Source: an uncultured bacterium
GTDB taxonomy: Bacteria; Planctomycetota; Phycisphaerae; Phycisphaerales; SM1A02
Direction: 5' to 3'
Length of the DNA: 64,000 bases
Assembly (NCBI GenBank): GCA_903831295.1
Contig: CAIKXA010000097.1
Location: 984 to 64,983, forward strand
Shown: positions 33,649 to 42,826 of the stretch, piece by piece
How the letters are laid out: each line of letters starts with the position of its first letter
Position numbering within the stretch: position 1 is the stretch's first letter
Position numbers and translations under genes: made by a program
The notes under the pieces: generated by a model
The model's input: the letters and a program-made list of their open reading frames with translations, nothing else
What the model was told of the DNA's origin: nothing
Databases searched by the model: none

Positions 33649-34944
33649 TCAGGGGGCGATCAAAATGCGTTTACGCATGCCATCGCTGGAATAAGTTCCC
33701 ACTTCGCCGCTCGGTTCAGCCGCGGCTCGAACCGTTTGTTGCCCGCTGCTATTTCGCAAACTCAGCAACCCTCCATCGGTGTCCGATGCCGCGCCAGTAA
33801 CAACCACGGCTTTGCCCTTCATATTGAAGAGATTCAGAAGTCCGCCAGTTGGTCCGCCACCCAAGGCCGCCACGCGTGTGGCGCCAGCGTAAACCTGAAC
33901 CGTGCCGCTTTCTTCCTTGCCTTGATCCATCAATGCGGCGATTTGCCCAGTTGCGGTGCGCACGGTGGCGCGCCCGCCAAGATTTTCTTGCACTTCAAAT
34001 GAGAGCGCGGCTTTGCCATCATGATTTCGGATTTCAGTGAATCCTCCGCGCATGGTGGTGTTGCCAAAGATGCAGCCTCCATCTCCATTGGTTTCACGCA
34101 CCGCGAGTTCGCCACCACCATCGTTCACTTTGCATTCAACAGCGGTGGTTCCGTTTGTATCCGCGATCTGAAATTGACCGCCGTTATCGTTTACGCCGCA
34201 TTCAACAGCTGTCTTTCCATTTGTAGTTGCGATTCGAAATTCGCCACCATTATCGTTCACGCCGCATTCAACCGCGGTGGTTCCGTTCGTGCCCGCGATG
34301 CGAAACATGCCCGCATTTTTGGCGTCGGAACCGACATATGCGACTTCTTTTTCAGAATCGTCCAGCACGCTGAAGGCCGCGCCTTTTGCGCTGGCACCAA
34401 ATCGCACCGCCTGCTTGCCGTTGGAACTATGCACAGTGCCCACGGTTCGTTCGGCGTTCACACTGAGTTGCAAGGAGTTTTCCTCGCTGTCGCTGCGTGT
34501 CAATACAAAGTCCGATCCATCGTTGGTGGCCTCCAAATAGGCGGCGATTTGCCCGGAGCCTCGGGTCACTTCAACGCGACCGCCTGTGCTGTTTGCAAAA
34601 ATTCCAGCCACTGGCTTGCCCGCGGAATTCCAAAGCGCAAGATCTCCACCTGATTCACTGGAAGAAATTCGCGCGACGTTGGCGCCGCCCTTGCTCCACA
34701 CATCAAGCTGTCCACCATTTGGGGCGTTTGAAAGTAGGCAGGTGATTTTTCCTTCGGAGTCTAAGATTTCGAGACGGCTGGCTTGAATCACTTCGGGCAC
34801 AGGCGCGCGTGTGAAGCCCACAAGAGCCGCGGCACCGAGCAATGTGGCGCAGATCAAACCGATGCCTCGTTCGCGGCGGCGTTGTTGCTTGATCAATTGC
34901 AGTTGTAGTTCGATGTGTTCAAGACGGGTTTCGATTGATGACAT
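33649..34944 (-). CDS. Membrane-anchored repeat protein: coiled-coil N-terminus, one TM, then about 17 copies of a 22-aa repeat (h-x-h-x4-G-K-x2-h-x-h-x5-G-G)
   Basis: ATG at 34944 is preceded by GGAG. The TM is 'GIGLICATLLGAAALVGF'. Three near-identical units read 'FRIAGTNGTTAVECGVNDNGGE / FRIATTNGKTAVECGVNDNGGQ / FQIADTNGTTAVECKVNDGGGE', flanked by degenerate copies. Confidence 0.7.
   Translation of the reverse strand: MSSIETRLEHIELQLQLIKQQRRRERGIGLICATLLGAAALVGFTRAPVPEVIQASRLEILDSEGKITCLLSNAPNGGQLDVWSKGGANVARISSSESGGDLALWNSAGKPVAGIFANSTGGRVEVTRGSGQIAAYLEATNDGSDFVLTRSDSEENSLQLSVNAERTVGTVHSSNGKQAVRFGASAKGAAFSVLDDSEKEVAYVGSDAKNAGMFRIAGTNGTTAVECGVNDNGGEFRIATTNGKTAVECGVNDNGGQFQIADTNGTTAVECKVNDGGGELAVRETNGDGGCIFGNTTMRGGFTEIRNHDGKAALSFEVQENLGGRATVRTATGQIAALMDQGKEESGTVQVYAGATRVAALGGGPTGGLLNLFNMKGKAVVVTGAASDTDGGLLSLRNSSGQQTVRAAAEPSGEVGTYSSDGMRKRILIAP
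34111..34308 (-). repeat. 66-bp (22-codon) tandem repeat x3 inside the repeat-protein gene
   Basis: Direct reading of three consecutive 66-nt units with few substitutions (gccaccaccatcgttcactttgcattcaacagcggtggttcc... and so on). Confidence 0.85.
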
Positions 34945-35041
34945 GGAAGCTCCTTGAGTTGAGCCGTTAGCATACGGCGAGTGTGGATCGCAGTGTGCGC
35001 ATTCATGGTTGAACGATTCAACGTAAAGATGATGTGGCGTT

Positions 35042-36271
35042 ATGAAAAAAACAAAATCCAAGCGAAGTTTGAAAACGAAGTCCATGCGAGAAGTTGGAAT
35101 TGGTCTTGTTGGAGCGGGATTCATGGGGCGCGTCCACGCCAATGCATGGCGACAGTCGCCACTGTTTTTTAATCTGAAGTGTCGACCCACGCTGGCGGCC
35201 GTAGCAGGTGGACACGCAAGCGAATCAAGTGAATTTGCCGCCAAATGGGGTGTTTTAAAGCCATCGCAAAGCTGGGAGCGCCTGATCAAGGACCCGCAAG
35301 TTGGGTTGGTGGATGTCTGTGTTCCAAATTATTTGCATGCCGAGATTTCCATCGCCGCGTTGAAGGCGGGCAAGCATGTCGCTTGCGAAAAACCGCTCGC
35401 CAACACGATCACTGATGCGCGCGACATGGCTTTAGCCGCGCTTGGAGCCAAGAAAGGCGTGCGAACTTTCGTGTGGTTCAACTATCGCAGATGTGCCGCG
35501 GTATCGCTTATGCGCGAACTGATTCAACAAGGTCGATTGGGGCGTATTCGACATATCCGCGCGCAGTATTTGCAAGATTGGGGTCGAGCTAGCACGCCGC
35601 ACTCTTGGCGCTTTGATTCAAAGCTTGCGGGCAGCGGCGCGCACGGTGATTTGAACGCGCACTTGATTGACATGGCGCGATTTGTCACGGGCGATGAAAT
35701 TGTGGAAGTGTGTGGCGCCATGGAGGCGCAATTTATTCAAGAGCGAGCGGTGGTGACGGCGAGTTCAAAAAGATTGGGATTAGGCGCGCAAAAAAGTAAA
35801 CGAGGAGCCAAGCGGCAAGCATGCACGGTGGATGATGCTTTCTTGTTTCTTGCGCGCATGCACAATGGCACGGTCGCAAGTTTCGAGGCCAGTCGAATGG
35901 CTACGGGAAATAAAAATGCGAATCACATGGAGGTGAATGGCGAATTTGGCAGCGTGAAATTTGATTTTGAGCGCATGAACGAATTGCAATGGTGGGACGA
36001 CACACTGCCAGCGCGCGAGCAGGGTTGGAGCCGCATTTTGTGCACTGATCCGTCGCATCCTTATATCGACCACTATTGGCCACCAGGACATGTGCTTGGT
36101 TATGAGCATGGATTTATCAGCATGGCCGCGGATATTTGCGCGGTGTTGGCGGGGGGCGAGCCTGAGCAACCACTGGCTGATTTTGTGGACGCTTATCGAA
36201 CCCAACAAGTTCTAGAAGCCGCAATGATCAGCGCGCGCGAGCGATGCTGGATGCGAACTGACGCAATTTAG
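35042..36271 (+). CDS. Gfo/Idh/MocA-family NAD(P)-dependent oxidoreductase
   Basis: Rossmann N-terminus 'VGIGLVGAGFMGRVHANAW'. 'EKPLA' motif ('HVACEKPLANT'). C-terminal alpha/beta domain. Confidence 0.87.
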   Translation: MKKTKSKRSLKTKSMREVGIGLVGAGFMGRVHANAWRQSPLFFNLKCRPTLAAVAGGHASESSEFAAKWGVLKPSQSWERLIKDPQVGLVDVCVPNYLHAEISIAALKAGKHVACEKPLANTITDARDMALAALGAKKGVRTFVWFNYRRCAAVSLMRELIQQGRLGRIRHIRAQYLQDWGRASTPHSWRFDSKLAGSGAHGDLNAHLIDMARFVTGDEIVEVCGAMEAQFIQERAVVTASSKRLGLGAQKSKRGAKRQACTVDDAFLFLARMHNGTVASFEASRMATGNKNANHMEVNGEFGSVKFDFERMNELQWWDDTLPAREQGWSRILCTDPSHPYIDHYWPPGHVLGYEHGFISMAADICAVLAGGEPEQPLADFVDAYRTQQVLEAAMISARERCWMRTDAI

Positions 36272-36315
36272 AAAGTTGGAGCGCGTGGCGGCGCTCGTTA
36301 TACTTTTTCATTCGC

Positions 36316-38358
36316 ATGAATTCGCAAACAGCATCAACGCAAACAGTGGCCAAGGATGACGCGGGCTTGCACGCATTGCGCGCGTGCGCCGAAGCCGCCA
36401 ATCGCGCGCTTCGATCGTTGCAAAAAACGGATGGACATTGGTGCGCGGAACTGCAAGGCGATTCCATTTTGCAAAGCGAATATCTGCTGATGAAATGGAT
36501 TTTGTCGCAAGAGGCGGCGCCCATGGTGAATGGTCGTGGCGCTGACACCTTGTTGAAATTGGTACGGCAACTGAGGGATCAGCAGCGACCAGATGGCGGT
36601 TGGGGGCAATATCCAGGCTCCGATGTTGATTTAAGCGCCACGGTCAAAGGCTATTTTTGCCTTAAATTGTATGGAGATTCGCCGGATGCTCCGCACATGA
36701 AGAAGGCCCGCGATATTGTTCGCGCCTTGGGCGGGGCCGAATGTTGCAATAGTTTTTCAAATTTCTATTTGGCCTGTCTGGGACAGATTTCCTGGAATGC
36801 GGTGCCGGCGATTCCGCCAGAATTAGTTTGGGCTCCCAAGTGGTTTTATTTTCACTTAAGCAAAATGAGCGCGTGGAGCCGCACCATGTTGTTGCCGCTG
36901 GCCATCGTTGCCACGCTTCGCCCAACGCGCCATTTGAGGGCAGACCAAGGAATTGACGAACTCTTTGTGGATGAAGGTGCGCGACACCGGTTAAAAATGC
37001 GCCAAGATGTGCCGCTCGGTTGGCGAATATTTTTCCACGCTACGGATCGCGCGATGAAATTGGCGCACACTGTTCTGGGAACCAGCTGGCGCAAGAGCGC
37101 CATCGCGGCGGCGTTTCGTTGGAGCGCAATTCGTTGCGGTCAAGATTTGCCCGCGCCCACAAGCGGTCTTGGAGCCATCTTTCCGCCAATGGTGTATATC
37201 CAAATCGTGTTCAACGCTTTAGGTGTTCGTCGTGGTGACGCCATGGTGGTTCGAGCGGAAAATGAATTGGATGAATTTTTTATTGAACAAGGCGACCGCA
37301 TTCGTATTCAACCGTGCTTTAGTCCAGTGTGGGACACGGGCATCGCTTTGTACGCTCTGGCCGATTGCGGATTCACCGTGTCCGACGCCGCGGTTGAAGG
37401 CGCGGGCGATTGGTTGCGCGCCAAAGAATGCCGATTTCTCGGGGATTGGTCTGAAAATACAAAGCCAGGCACCGCGCCCGCGGGTTGGTTTTTTGAATAC
37501 GCCAACGCTTGGTATCCAGATGTGGATGACACCGCGATGGTGGCCATGGCCCTGAAGCGCATCGGCGGACCAACCAATGAATCGGCGGCTCTGCGCGGCG
37601 TGCAATGGATGTTGTCCATGCAAAATAATGATGGTGGTTGGGCGGCGTTTGATCGCACGCAAGATCGCAAAATTTATGAGTATGTTCCTTTTGCGGATCA
37701 CAACGCTATTCAAGATCCAAGTTGCCCCGACATCACTGGGCGCGTGCTTGAATGTTTGAGCTGGCACGGAATTAAAAGCGATCATCCGGCGGTGCGCGGC
37801 GCCGTGGAGTACATCAAGTCAAAGCAAGAACCAGAGGGTTGCTTCTTTGGTCGCTGGGGCGTGAATTATATTTATGGAACATGGCAAGCGGTGATTGGTC
37901 CAATCCGCTGTGGCGTGCCGCGCACGGAATCTTGGATCGCAAACGCGGGAGCGTGGATTAAGTCGGTGCAAAAACCAGACGGTAGTTTTGGTGAGAGTGC
38001 CAATAGTTATTTGGATGCCTCCCTGAAAGGCCAAGGTGAGAGCACCGCGAGTCAAACCGCATGGGGTGCGATGATCCTGCAGGAGATTTACGGCGCTAAT
38101 GATCCCGATCTTGCGCGCGCGCTGGCGTGGTTGGCGCAAACGCAACTGAGTCAAATTGACGCGAAAAATCCGCTAAAAAACCCAGACGGCGACCCTGCTG
38201 GATCATGGCGTGAAACTGAATTCACGGGCACAGGATTTCCAAAAGTATTTTATTTGCGATACCACTTATACCGACTTTATTTTCCACTGATGGCTTTAGG
38301 TCGATATCTGCAAGCGCATGGAAATGCTTTGGCCACTCCAGCGCAACGCGACAAGTGA
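36316..38358 (+). CDS. shc: Squalene-hopene cyclase
   Basis: Catalytic 'DVDDTA' (DxDD) motif. Multiple QW repeats (e.g. 'QRPDGGWGQY', 'QNNDGGWAAF', 'QKPDGSFGES', 'QEPEGCFFGRWG'). Confidence 0.93.
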   Translation: MNSQTASTQTVAKDDAGLHALRACAEAANRALRSLQKTDGHWCAELQGDSILQSEYLLMKWILSQEAAPMVNGRGADTLLKLVRQLRDQQRPDGGWGQYPGSDVDLSATVKGYFCLKLYGDSPDAPHMKKARDIVRALGGAECCNSFSNFYLACLGQISWNAVPAIPPELVWAPKWFYFHLSKMSAWSRTMLLPLAIVATLRPTRHLRADQGIDELFVDEGARHRLKMRQDVPLGWRIFFHATDRAMKLAHTVLGTSWRKSAIAAAFRWSAIRCGQDLPAPTSGLGAIFPPMVYIQIVFNALGVRRGDAMVVRAENELDEFFIEQGDRIRIQPCFSPVWDTGIALYALADCGFTVSDAAVEGAGDWLRAKECRFLGDWSENTKPGTAPAGWFFEYANAWYPDVDDTAMVAMALKRIGGPTNESAALRGVQWMLSMQNNDGGWAAFDRTQDRKIYEYVPFADHNAIQDPSCPDITGRVLECLSWHGIKSDHPAVRGAVEYIKSKQEPEGCFFGRWGVNYIYGTWQAVIGPIRCGVPRTESWIANAGAWIKSVQKPDGSFGESANSYLDASLKGQGESTASQTAWGAMILQEIYGANDPDLARALAWLAQTQLSQIDAKNPLKNPDGDPAGSWRETEFTGTGFPKVFYLRYHLYRLYFPLMALGRYLQAHGNALATPAQRDK

Positions 38359-38380
38359 TGTTGTGCTGCATCAATGAATA

Positions 38381-39052
38381 TCAATGAAATGGGTGCGCCG
38401 CGGTGAACGCGTAGTTGTCCCAGGACAATTCGCTCGCGTGCAAACACAAGCGTGTCGCCATTTTTTTCACGTCGTCTGGCGCGTACAAATCATCGCCAAG
38501 AATTGGTTGGTCAAGCGCCAGCAAATGCACGCGCAATTGATGGCTGCGGCCTGTCATAGGCTCCAAGCGAAATCGCGTGCAGCGACAAGTTTCGCGTGAA
38601 GTGGCCACGGAAGCCGGAACGTGATCAAGCAATGCTTCAACTTTCCATCGGGTCACGCTTGCCTTGCCTTGCGTATGGCACACAATTTGGCGCGCGCTGC
38701 CCAGGGCTTCTTTGCGCAGCGGCAAGTTGATTTCGCCGGAGTCTTGCACTGGGTGTCCAAATGCGATGGCGTGATAGGCCTTGGTCACGAGGCGCGCTTC
38801 AAACAACATGCTGAGCGCGCGGTGGCTTTGAGTATTGAGCGCCATCACGATCAACCCACTGGTGTGTTGATCAAGGCGATGCACATTTCGCGCGCCCGGA
38901 AAAACAAGCGCGACGCGAGTTGCCAAGCAATCGGCGTTGTGCGGACCAATACCAGGCACCGAAAGCAAACCCGAAGCTTTTTCAAGAACGACAAAATCGT
39001 GCTGGGCGTGAATCACGCGAAATCCGTCTTGAGTAATGGTGGGCTCTCTCAT
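38381..39052 (-). CDS. RluA-family pseudouridine synthase
   Basis: Catalytic 'HRLDQHTSGLIVMA', and 'GRSHQLRVH'. Confidence 0.87.
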   Translation of the reverse strand: MREPTITQDGFRVIHAQHDFVVLEKASGLLSVPGIGPHNADCLATRVALVFPGARNVHRLDQHTSGLIVMALNTQSHRALSMLFEARLVTKAYHAIAFGHPVQDSGEINLPLRKEALGSARQIVCHTQGKASVTRWKVEALLDHVPASVATSRETCRCTRFRLEPMTGRSHQLRVHLLALDQPILGDDLYAPDDVKKMATRLCLHASELSWDNYAFTAAHPFH

Positions 39053-39102
39053 GATTCAGGAAAAAATATGCTTTCAAATTGCTCGCGTTGTGTAAATGAA
39101 AC

Positions 39103-40449
39103 TTGAGCAGAAAGCCGAAGTGGCAAGGCGTACACTTGTTGATTATGACATTGATCATTATTTTCATGTGCGCCTTGGCGCAAGCTTCCGCGGCAAGCGG
39201 AGTCAAGGTTGAAACCACGACTGCGCCTGGGCAAAGTTCCAGCAACGAGGCAACAAACGCGGCAAAAGATCCCGCGGATTGGCGCAAGTTCGAGGGTTTG
39301 TTATCGCATCAAGTGCAACTCACTCTTTCCGAGCGATTTGTGAAAGCGGGCGAGGCTTATTTTAATTCAGACGCTACACAAATTGTATTTCAAGCCATTG
39401 AATATGATGCGCAGGGTAATCCTGAGAGCGAGTATTACAGCATGTATGTGGCGCAGTTGCGCGACGAAGGGCAGGGGCAATCTTTCGAACCCGACCAGCG
39501 ACGATATCGACTGAAGAACATCCGACGAATCAGCCCAATTGGAAGCGCGAATACTTGCGGTTGGTTTCATCCAACTGATCCCAACAAATTGATCTTTGCC
39601 AGCACAATCACCGCGCCCGCCAAGCAAGAGACGCCGGGGTATCAGCGCGGCAGCAGAAATTATCGCTGGAGTTTTCCGCCAGAGATGCGCGTGGTTGAAG
39701 TGGATTTGAGCGCCCAAGAAATCAACGCTGATAGTTTGAAGACGCTTGTGGGTGATGGTAAGGCGTACGCCGCCGAATGCTCCACAAGTCTCGATGGGCG
39801 AACGTTGCTTTACACAACCCTTGAAAGTGGCGACGGCGATTTGTACGCCATGGATCTTCCCACAAAAAAAATCACGCGGCTCACCGCGTTCGCTGGCTAT
39901 GACGGCGGCGGATTTTTCAGCCCCGATGGCAAGAAGATTATTTGGCGAGCCGACAGAAATGCCGACAATTTGCTGCAAATTTTCGTCGCGGACGTTGTGT
40001 TTGATTCCACAGGCGCGGTTGTTGGAATTGGCGAACCCATCGCCGTGACCAATGATGGAGCTGTGAATTGGGCGCCCTATGTTTCGCCCAATGGCAAGGT
40101 GATTGTTTACGCATCAAGCCGCGTGGGGCACGACAATTATGAACTTCTAGCCGTGCCTGTTCCCGCGGATCACGCGGCGCCGCTTGGTCAACCAAGGCGC
40201 GTGACGCATGCGGGGGGCGCGGATCTTTTGCCCGCGATCAGTCACGATGGAAAATTATTGATGTGGACAAGCCAACGAGGTGCTGGCCGCTCCAGCCAAC
40301 TTTGGTTGGCGCAGATGTCGCAGAATGATTTACTTTCCGGGGAACTTGTTCCCCCCGTGGTCCAACCCACTGCGACGCCGGCATCCACCGCGCCTATCAC
40401 AGCAAGCCCAACACATTCCACGACAACGCCATTGGTTCAACCCAAATGA
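39103..40449 (+). CDS. Secreted TolB-like beta-propeller protein (PD40/WD40-like repeats)
   Basis: Signal peptide. Repeated 'SPDGKKIIW', 'SPNGKVIVYAS', 'SHDGKLLMWTS' and 'SLDGRTLLYT'. The TTG start at 39103 gives a proper signal peptide; the alternative is the ATG at 39145. Confidence 0.78.
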   Translation: MSRKPKWQGVHLLIMTLIIIFMCALAQASAASGVKVETTTAPGQSSSNEATNAAKDPADWRKFEGLLSHQVQLTLSERFVKAGEAYFNSDATQIVFQAIEYDAQGNPESEYYSMYVAQLRDEGQGQSFEPDQRRYRLKNIRRISPIGSANTCGWFHPTDPNKLIFASTITAPAKQETPGYQRGSRNYRWSFPPEMRVVEVDLSAQEINADSLKTLVGDGKAYAAECSTSLDGRTLLYTTLESGDGDLYAMDLPTKKITRLTAFAGYDGGGFFSPDGKKIIWRADRNADNLLQIFVADVVFDSTGAVVGIGEPIAVTNDGAVNWAPYVSPNGKVIVYASSRVGHDNYELLAVPVPADHAAPLGQPRRVTHAGGADLLPAISHDGKLLMWTSQRGAGRSSQLWLAQMSQNDLLSGELVPPVVQPTATPASTAPITASPTHSTTTPLVQPK

Positions 40450-42116
40450 ATTCTTATCACGAACGAGAAATGCTTATTCCCTTTCGCTCGGCATTGCTGC
40501 CGCAAATTTTCACCGATGTTGTGATTGTTGGCACGGGCGTGGCCGGATTGCGCGCCGCCATAGAAGCTTCGCAACGCCACGATGTGATTGTGTTGGCCAA
40601 GGAGTCGATTGATCTTTCAAACACTTCGTGGGCCCAGGGCGGAATTGCCGCCGTGATGAATGCAAAAGACAGCATAAACGCCCATATTCAAGACACTCTC
40701 GATGCTGGCGTTGGTTTGTGCGAATCCGACGCGGTGCGCGCATTGGTGCAAGAGGGCCCGGATGAAATTAGGCAACTTCTTGCTTGGGGAATGCGAGTGG
40801 ACCGCGATCAAAGTGGCGAGCCCGCGCTTGGCCTTGAAGGGGGACATCATTGCCACAGAATTATTCATAGCGATGGAGACGCAACGGGTGTTGAACTGGC
40901 GCGATGTCTTGTGGAGAAAGTTCGTCTGCAGCGGCGAGTGCGCATGTTTGATCGATGTTTCGCAATTGATATTTTAGTGGATCAACGCAAAGGCGCACGC
41001 CGCGCGGCGGGTGTGTTGACATGGCATCCGCGTCACGGTCTGCAAATTATTTGGGCCAGGGCCACAGTGTTGGCGAGCGGTGGCTGCGGACAAATTTTCC
41101 GCGAAACCAGCAATCCGAAAGTTGCCACGGGTGATGGCGTATCCATGGCGTGGCGCGCGGGCGCCAACCTAACTGACTTGGAATTCATGCAATTCCATCC
41201 CACCACGCTGTATGTTGCCGGCGCGCCGCGACACTTGATCAGCGAAGCTGTGCGCGGTGAGGGAGCGAAACTGGTGGATCGCGATGGCGAGTCGATCATG
41301 CGTCATTTGCATGAGCTTGCTGATCTTGCTCCACGCGACGTGGTCAGCCGCGCCATCGTTCGGCATTTGGCCAAGAGCGGTCAATCACACGTGTGGTTGG
41401 ACGCGCGGGCAATGGGTTCAGCAGGTTTTTCCAAGCGTTTTCCAGGGCTTTCACGCATGTTGCAGGGATTTGGCTTGGACGCGGGTCGAAATTTAATTCC
41501 GGTTCATCCAGCCGCGCATTATTCGATTGGCGGCGTGCACACCGATTTGTTTGGACGCTCGAATGTCACTGGGCTATATGCGTGTGGTGAATGCGCGGCC
41601 ACGGGCGTTCATGGCGCAAATCGATTGGCCAGCAACAGTTTGTTGGAGGGTCTGGTCTTTGGTCGGCGCGTGGCGCAAGCGATTGAAATTGATTCGCTTC
41701 CCGCAGCCACGCCCGTGCCCTTGAACCACGAAGTGGAGCGGCCCGAGCGAGGCGAGTTGGACTTGGCCGATGTGCGCAGTAGTTTGCGCAGCGCCATGTG
41801 GCGCAATGTTGGCATTGAAAGAAGCTCTGCTAAGTTAAGTGACATGCTTGAAATGTTCTCATTCTGGGGTCGCTACGCATTTGATTGCGTCTTTGAGGAT
41901 CCAATGGGATGGGAAACTCAGAACATGCTCACCAGCGCGCGCTTGATGGTGCTTGCGGCGTTGTCGCGCAACGAAAGTCGCGGAACGCATACGCGGATCG
42001 ATCGACCCTTGATTGATCCCGAACTTGAGGGTCATTTTATGTGGAACATCAACCGCGAGGACTTTGATTGGAAGGCGCGCGGGGCATTTGCGCCGACCCA
42101 GTCCAGCGGAGTATGA
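40446..42116 (+). CDS. nadB: L-aspartate oxidase
   Basis: FAD motif 'DVVIVGTGVAGLRAA', 'SNTSWAQGGIAAV', 'EFMQFHPT', 'HYSIGGV' and 'LYACGECA'. ATGA overlap with the upstream gene. Confidence 0.92.
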   Translation: MNSYHEREMLIPFRSALLPQIFTDVVIVGTGVAGLRAAIEASQRHDVIVLAKESIDLSNTSWAQGGIAAVMNAKDSINAHIQDTLDAGVGLCESDAVRALVQEGPDEIRQLLAWGMRVDRDQSGEPALGLEGGHHCHRIIHSDGDATGVELARCLVEKVRLQRRVRMFDRCFAIDILVDQRKGARRAAGVLTWHPRHGLQIIWARATVLASGGCGQIFRETSNPKVATGDGVSMAWRAGANLTDLEFMQFHPTTLYVAGAPRHLISEAVRGEGAKLVDRDGESIMRHLHELADLAPRDVVSRAIVRHLAKSGQSHVWLDARAMGSAGFSKRFPGLSRMLQGFGLDAGRNLIPVHPAAHYSIGGVHTDLFGRSNVTGLYACGECAATGVHGANRLASNSLLEGLVFGRRVAQAIEIDSLPAATPVPLNHEVERPERGELDLADVRSSLRSAMWRNVGIERSSAKLSDMLEMFSFWGRYAFDCVFEDPMGWETQNMLTSARLMVLAALSRNESRGTHTRIDRPLIDPELEGHFMWNINREDFDWKARGAFAPTQSSGV

Positions 42117-42766
42117 ACATGAAATTTGGCTTGTTTTTATTGGTTTTTATCAACTCAAGCGCCGCTGTATTTCTGTTTGGGTGCGCCGAGGAAAGAACCG
42201 AGTATCACTATCGCTCACAGGCCGAGGCTGACGCGATCGGTCGACCTGTGGACGAAACATTTGTGAAAGCCGATGGCACCAAGGTTGTCTATTCGTCCAA
42301 GCGCCGTGAGAAGATCAATGAAAATACGTCTAGCGGCATCGACGGATCACCTGCGCCCAATTCAGAAATACCACCCGTGGATTTGCGCGAGAAGAAAGCC
42401 AATGGGGAGGTGATTTTGCGCGCGACATTTCCAGAGCAAGTTGTGGATCATCTGACGGAGTGCGTACGAAACGAGGAGTATGACTTGATCTGGAATCAAT
42501 TGCTTTCCACGGGCGCCAAGCGGGATCTTGAAAGCCGCGGGGGCATGAAATATTTCAAGACATTTTTCACAAACAATCGCAAGGAGGTTATGGCGACGTT
42601 GAATTGCATGCGGATCAATTTAAAAAATGGACATGTCGCGCTGCAAAAAACAGACGACTCGCACATGACCGCCGAGCTTGATTCCACGCTTCGAAGAAGT
42701 TACAAATTCACCGTGATTGATTTTGAATCCACTCCGACAGGCATGAAACTCGTGGGCATTCGCTGA
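42113..42766 (+). CDS. Hypothetical lipoprotein
   Basis: 'MNMKFGLFLLVFINSSAAVFLFGC' has a lipobox-like LFGC. The ATG overlaps the nadB stop (ATGA). The alternative ATG is at 42119. Confidence 0.6.
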   Translation: MNMKFGLFLLVFINSSAAVFLFGCAEERTEYHYRSQAEADAIGRPVDETFVKADGTKVVYSSKRREKINENTSSGIDGSPAPNSEIPPVDLREKKANGEVILRATFPEQVVDHLTECVRNEEYDLIWNQLLSTGAKRDLESRGGMKYFKTFFTNNRKEVMATLNCMRINLKNGHVALQKTDDSHMTAELDSTLRRSYKFTVIDFESTPTGMKLVGIR

Positions 42767-42802
42767 AAGAAAAACCGCGCTTCTTTTGAAGGAAGCGCGG
42801 TT
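42761..42802 (-). terminator. Intrinsic terminator downstream of clpC, possibly bidirectional
   Basis: An 11-bp perfect stem, AACCGCGCTTC (42773-42783) pairing with GAAGCGCGGTT (42792-42802), with an 8-nt loop. On the minus strand it is followed by TTTTTCTTTC. On the plus strand it is preceded by an A-tract. Confidence 0.7.
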
Positions 42803-42826
42803 GAAAATGTCAAGAAATACCGTGAA

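Noticed and set aside
34945-35289. The ORF track extends the repeat-protein ORF 115 codons further upstream (start at 35289).
   Set aside because: The extension would overlap the divergent Gfo/Idh/MocA gene (start 35042) by about 250 nt, and it has odd composition (His/Cys/Pro-rich). The internal ATG at 34944 is preceded by GGAG and begins a sensible coiled-coil plus TM N-terminus.
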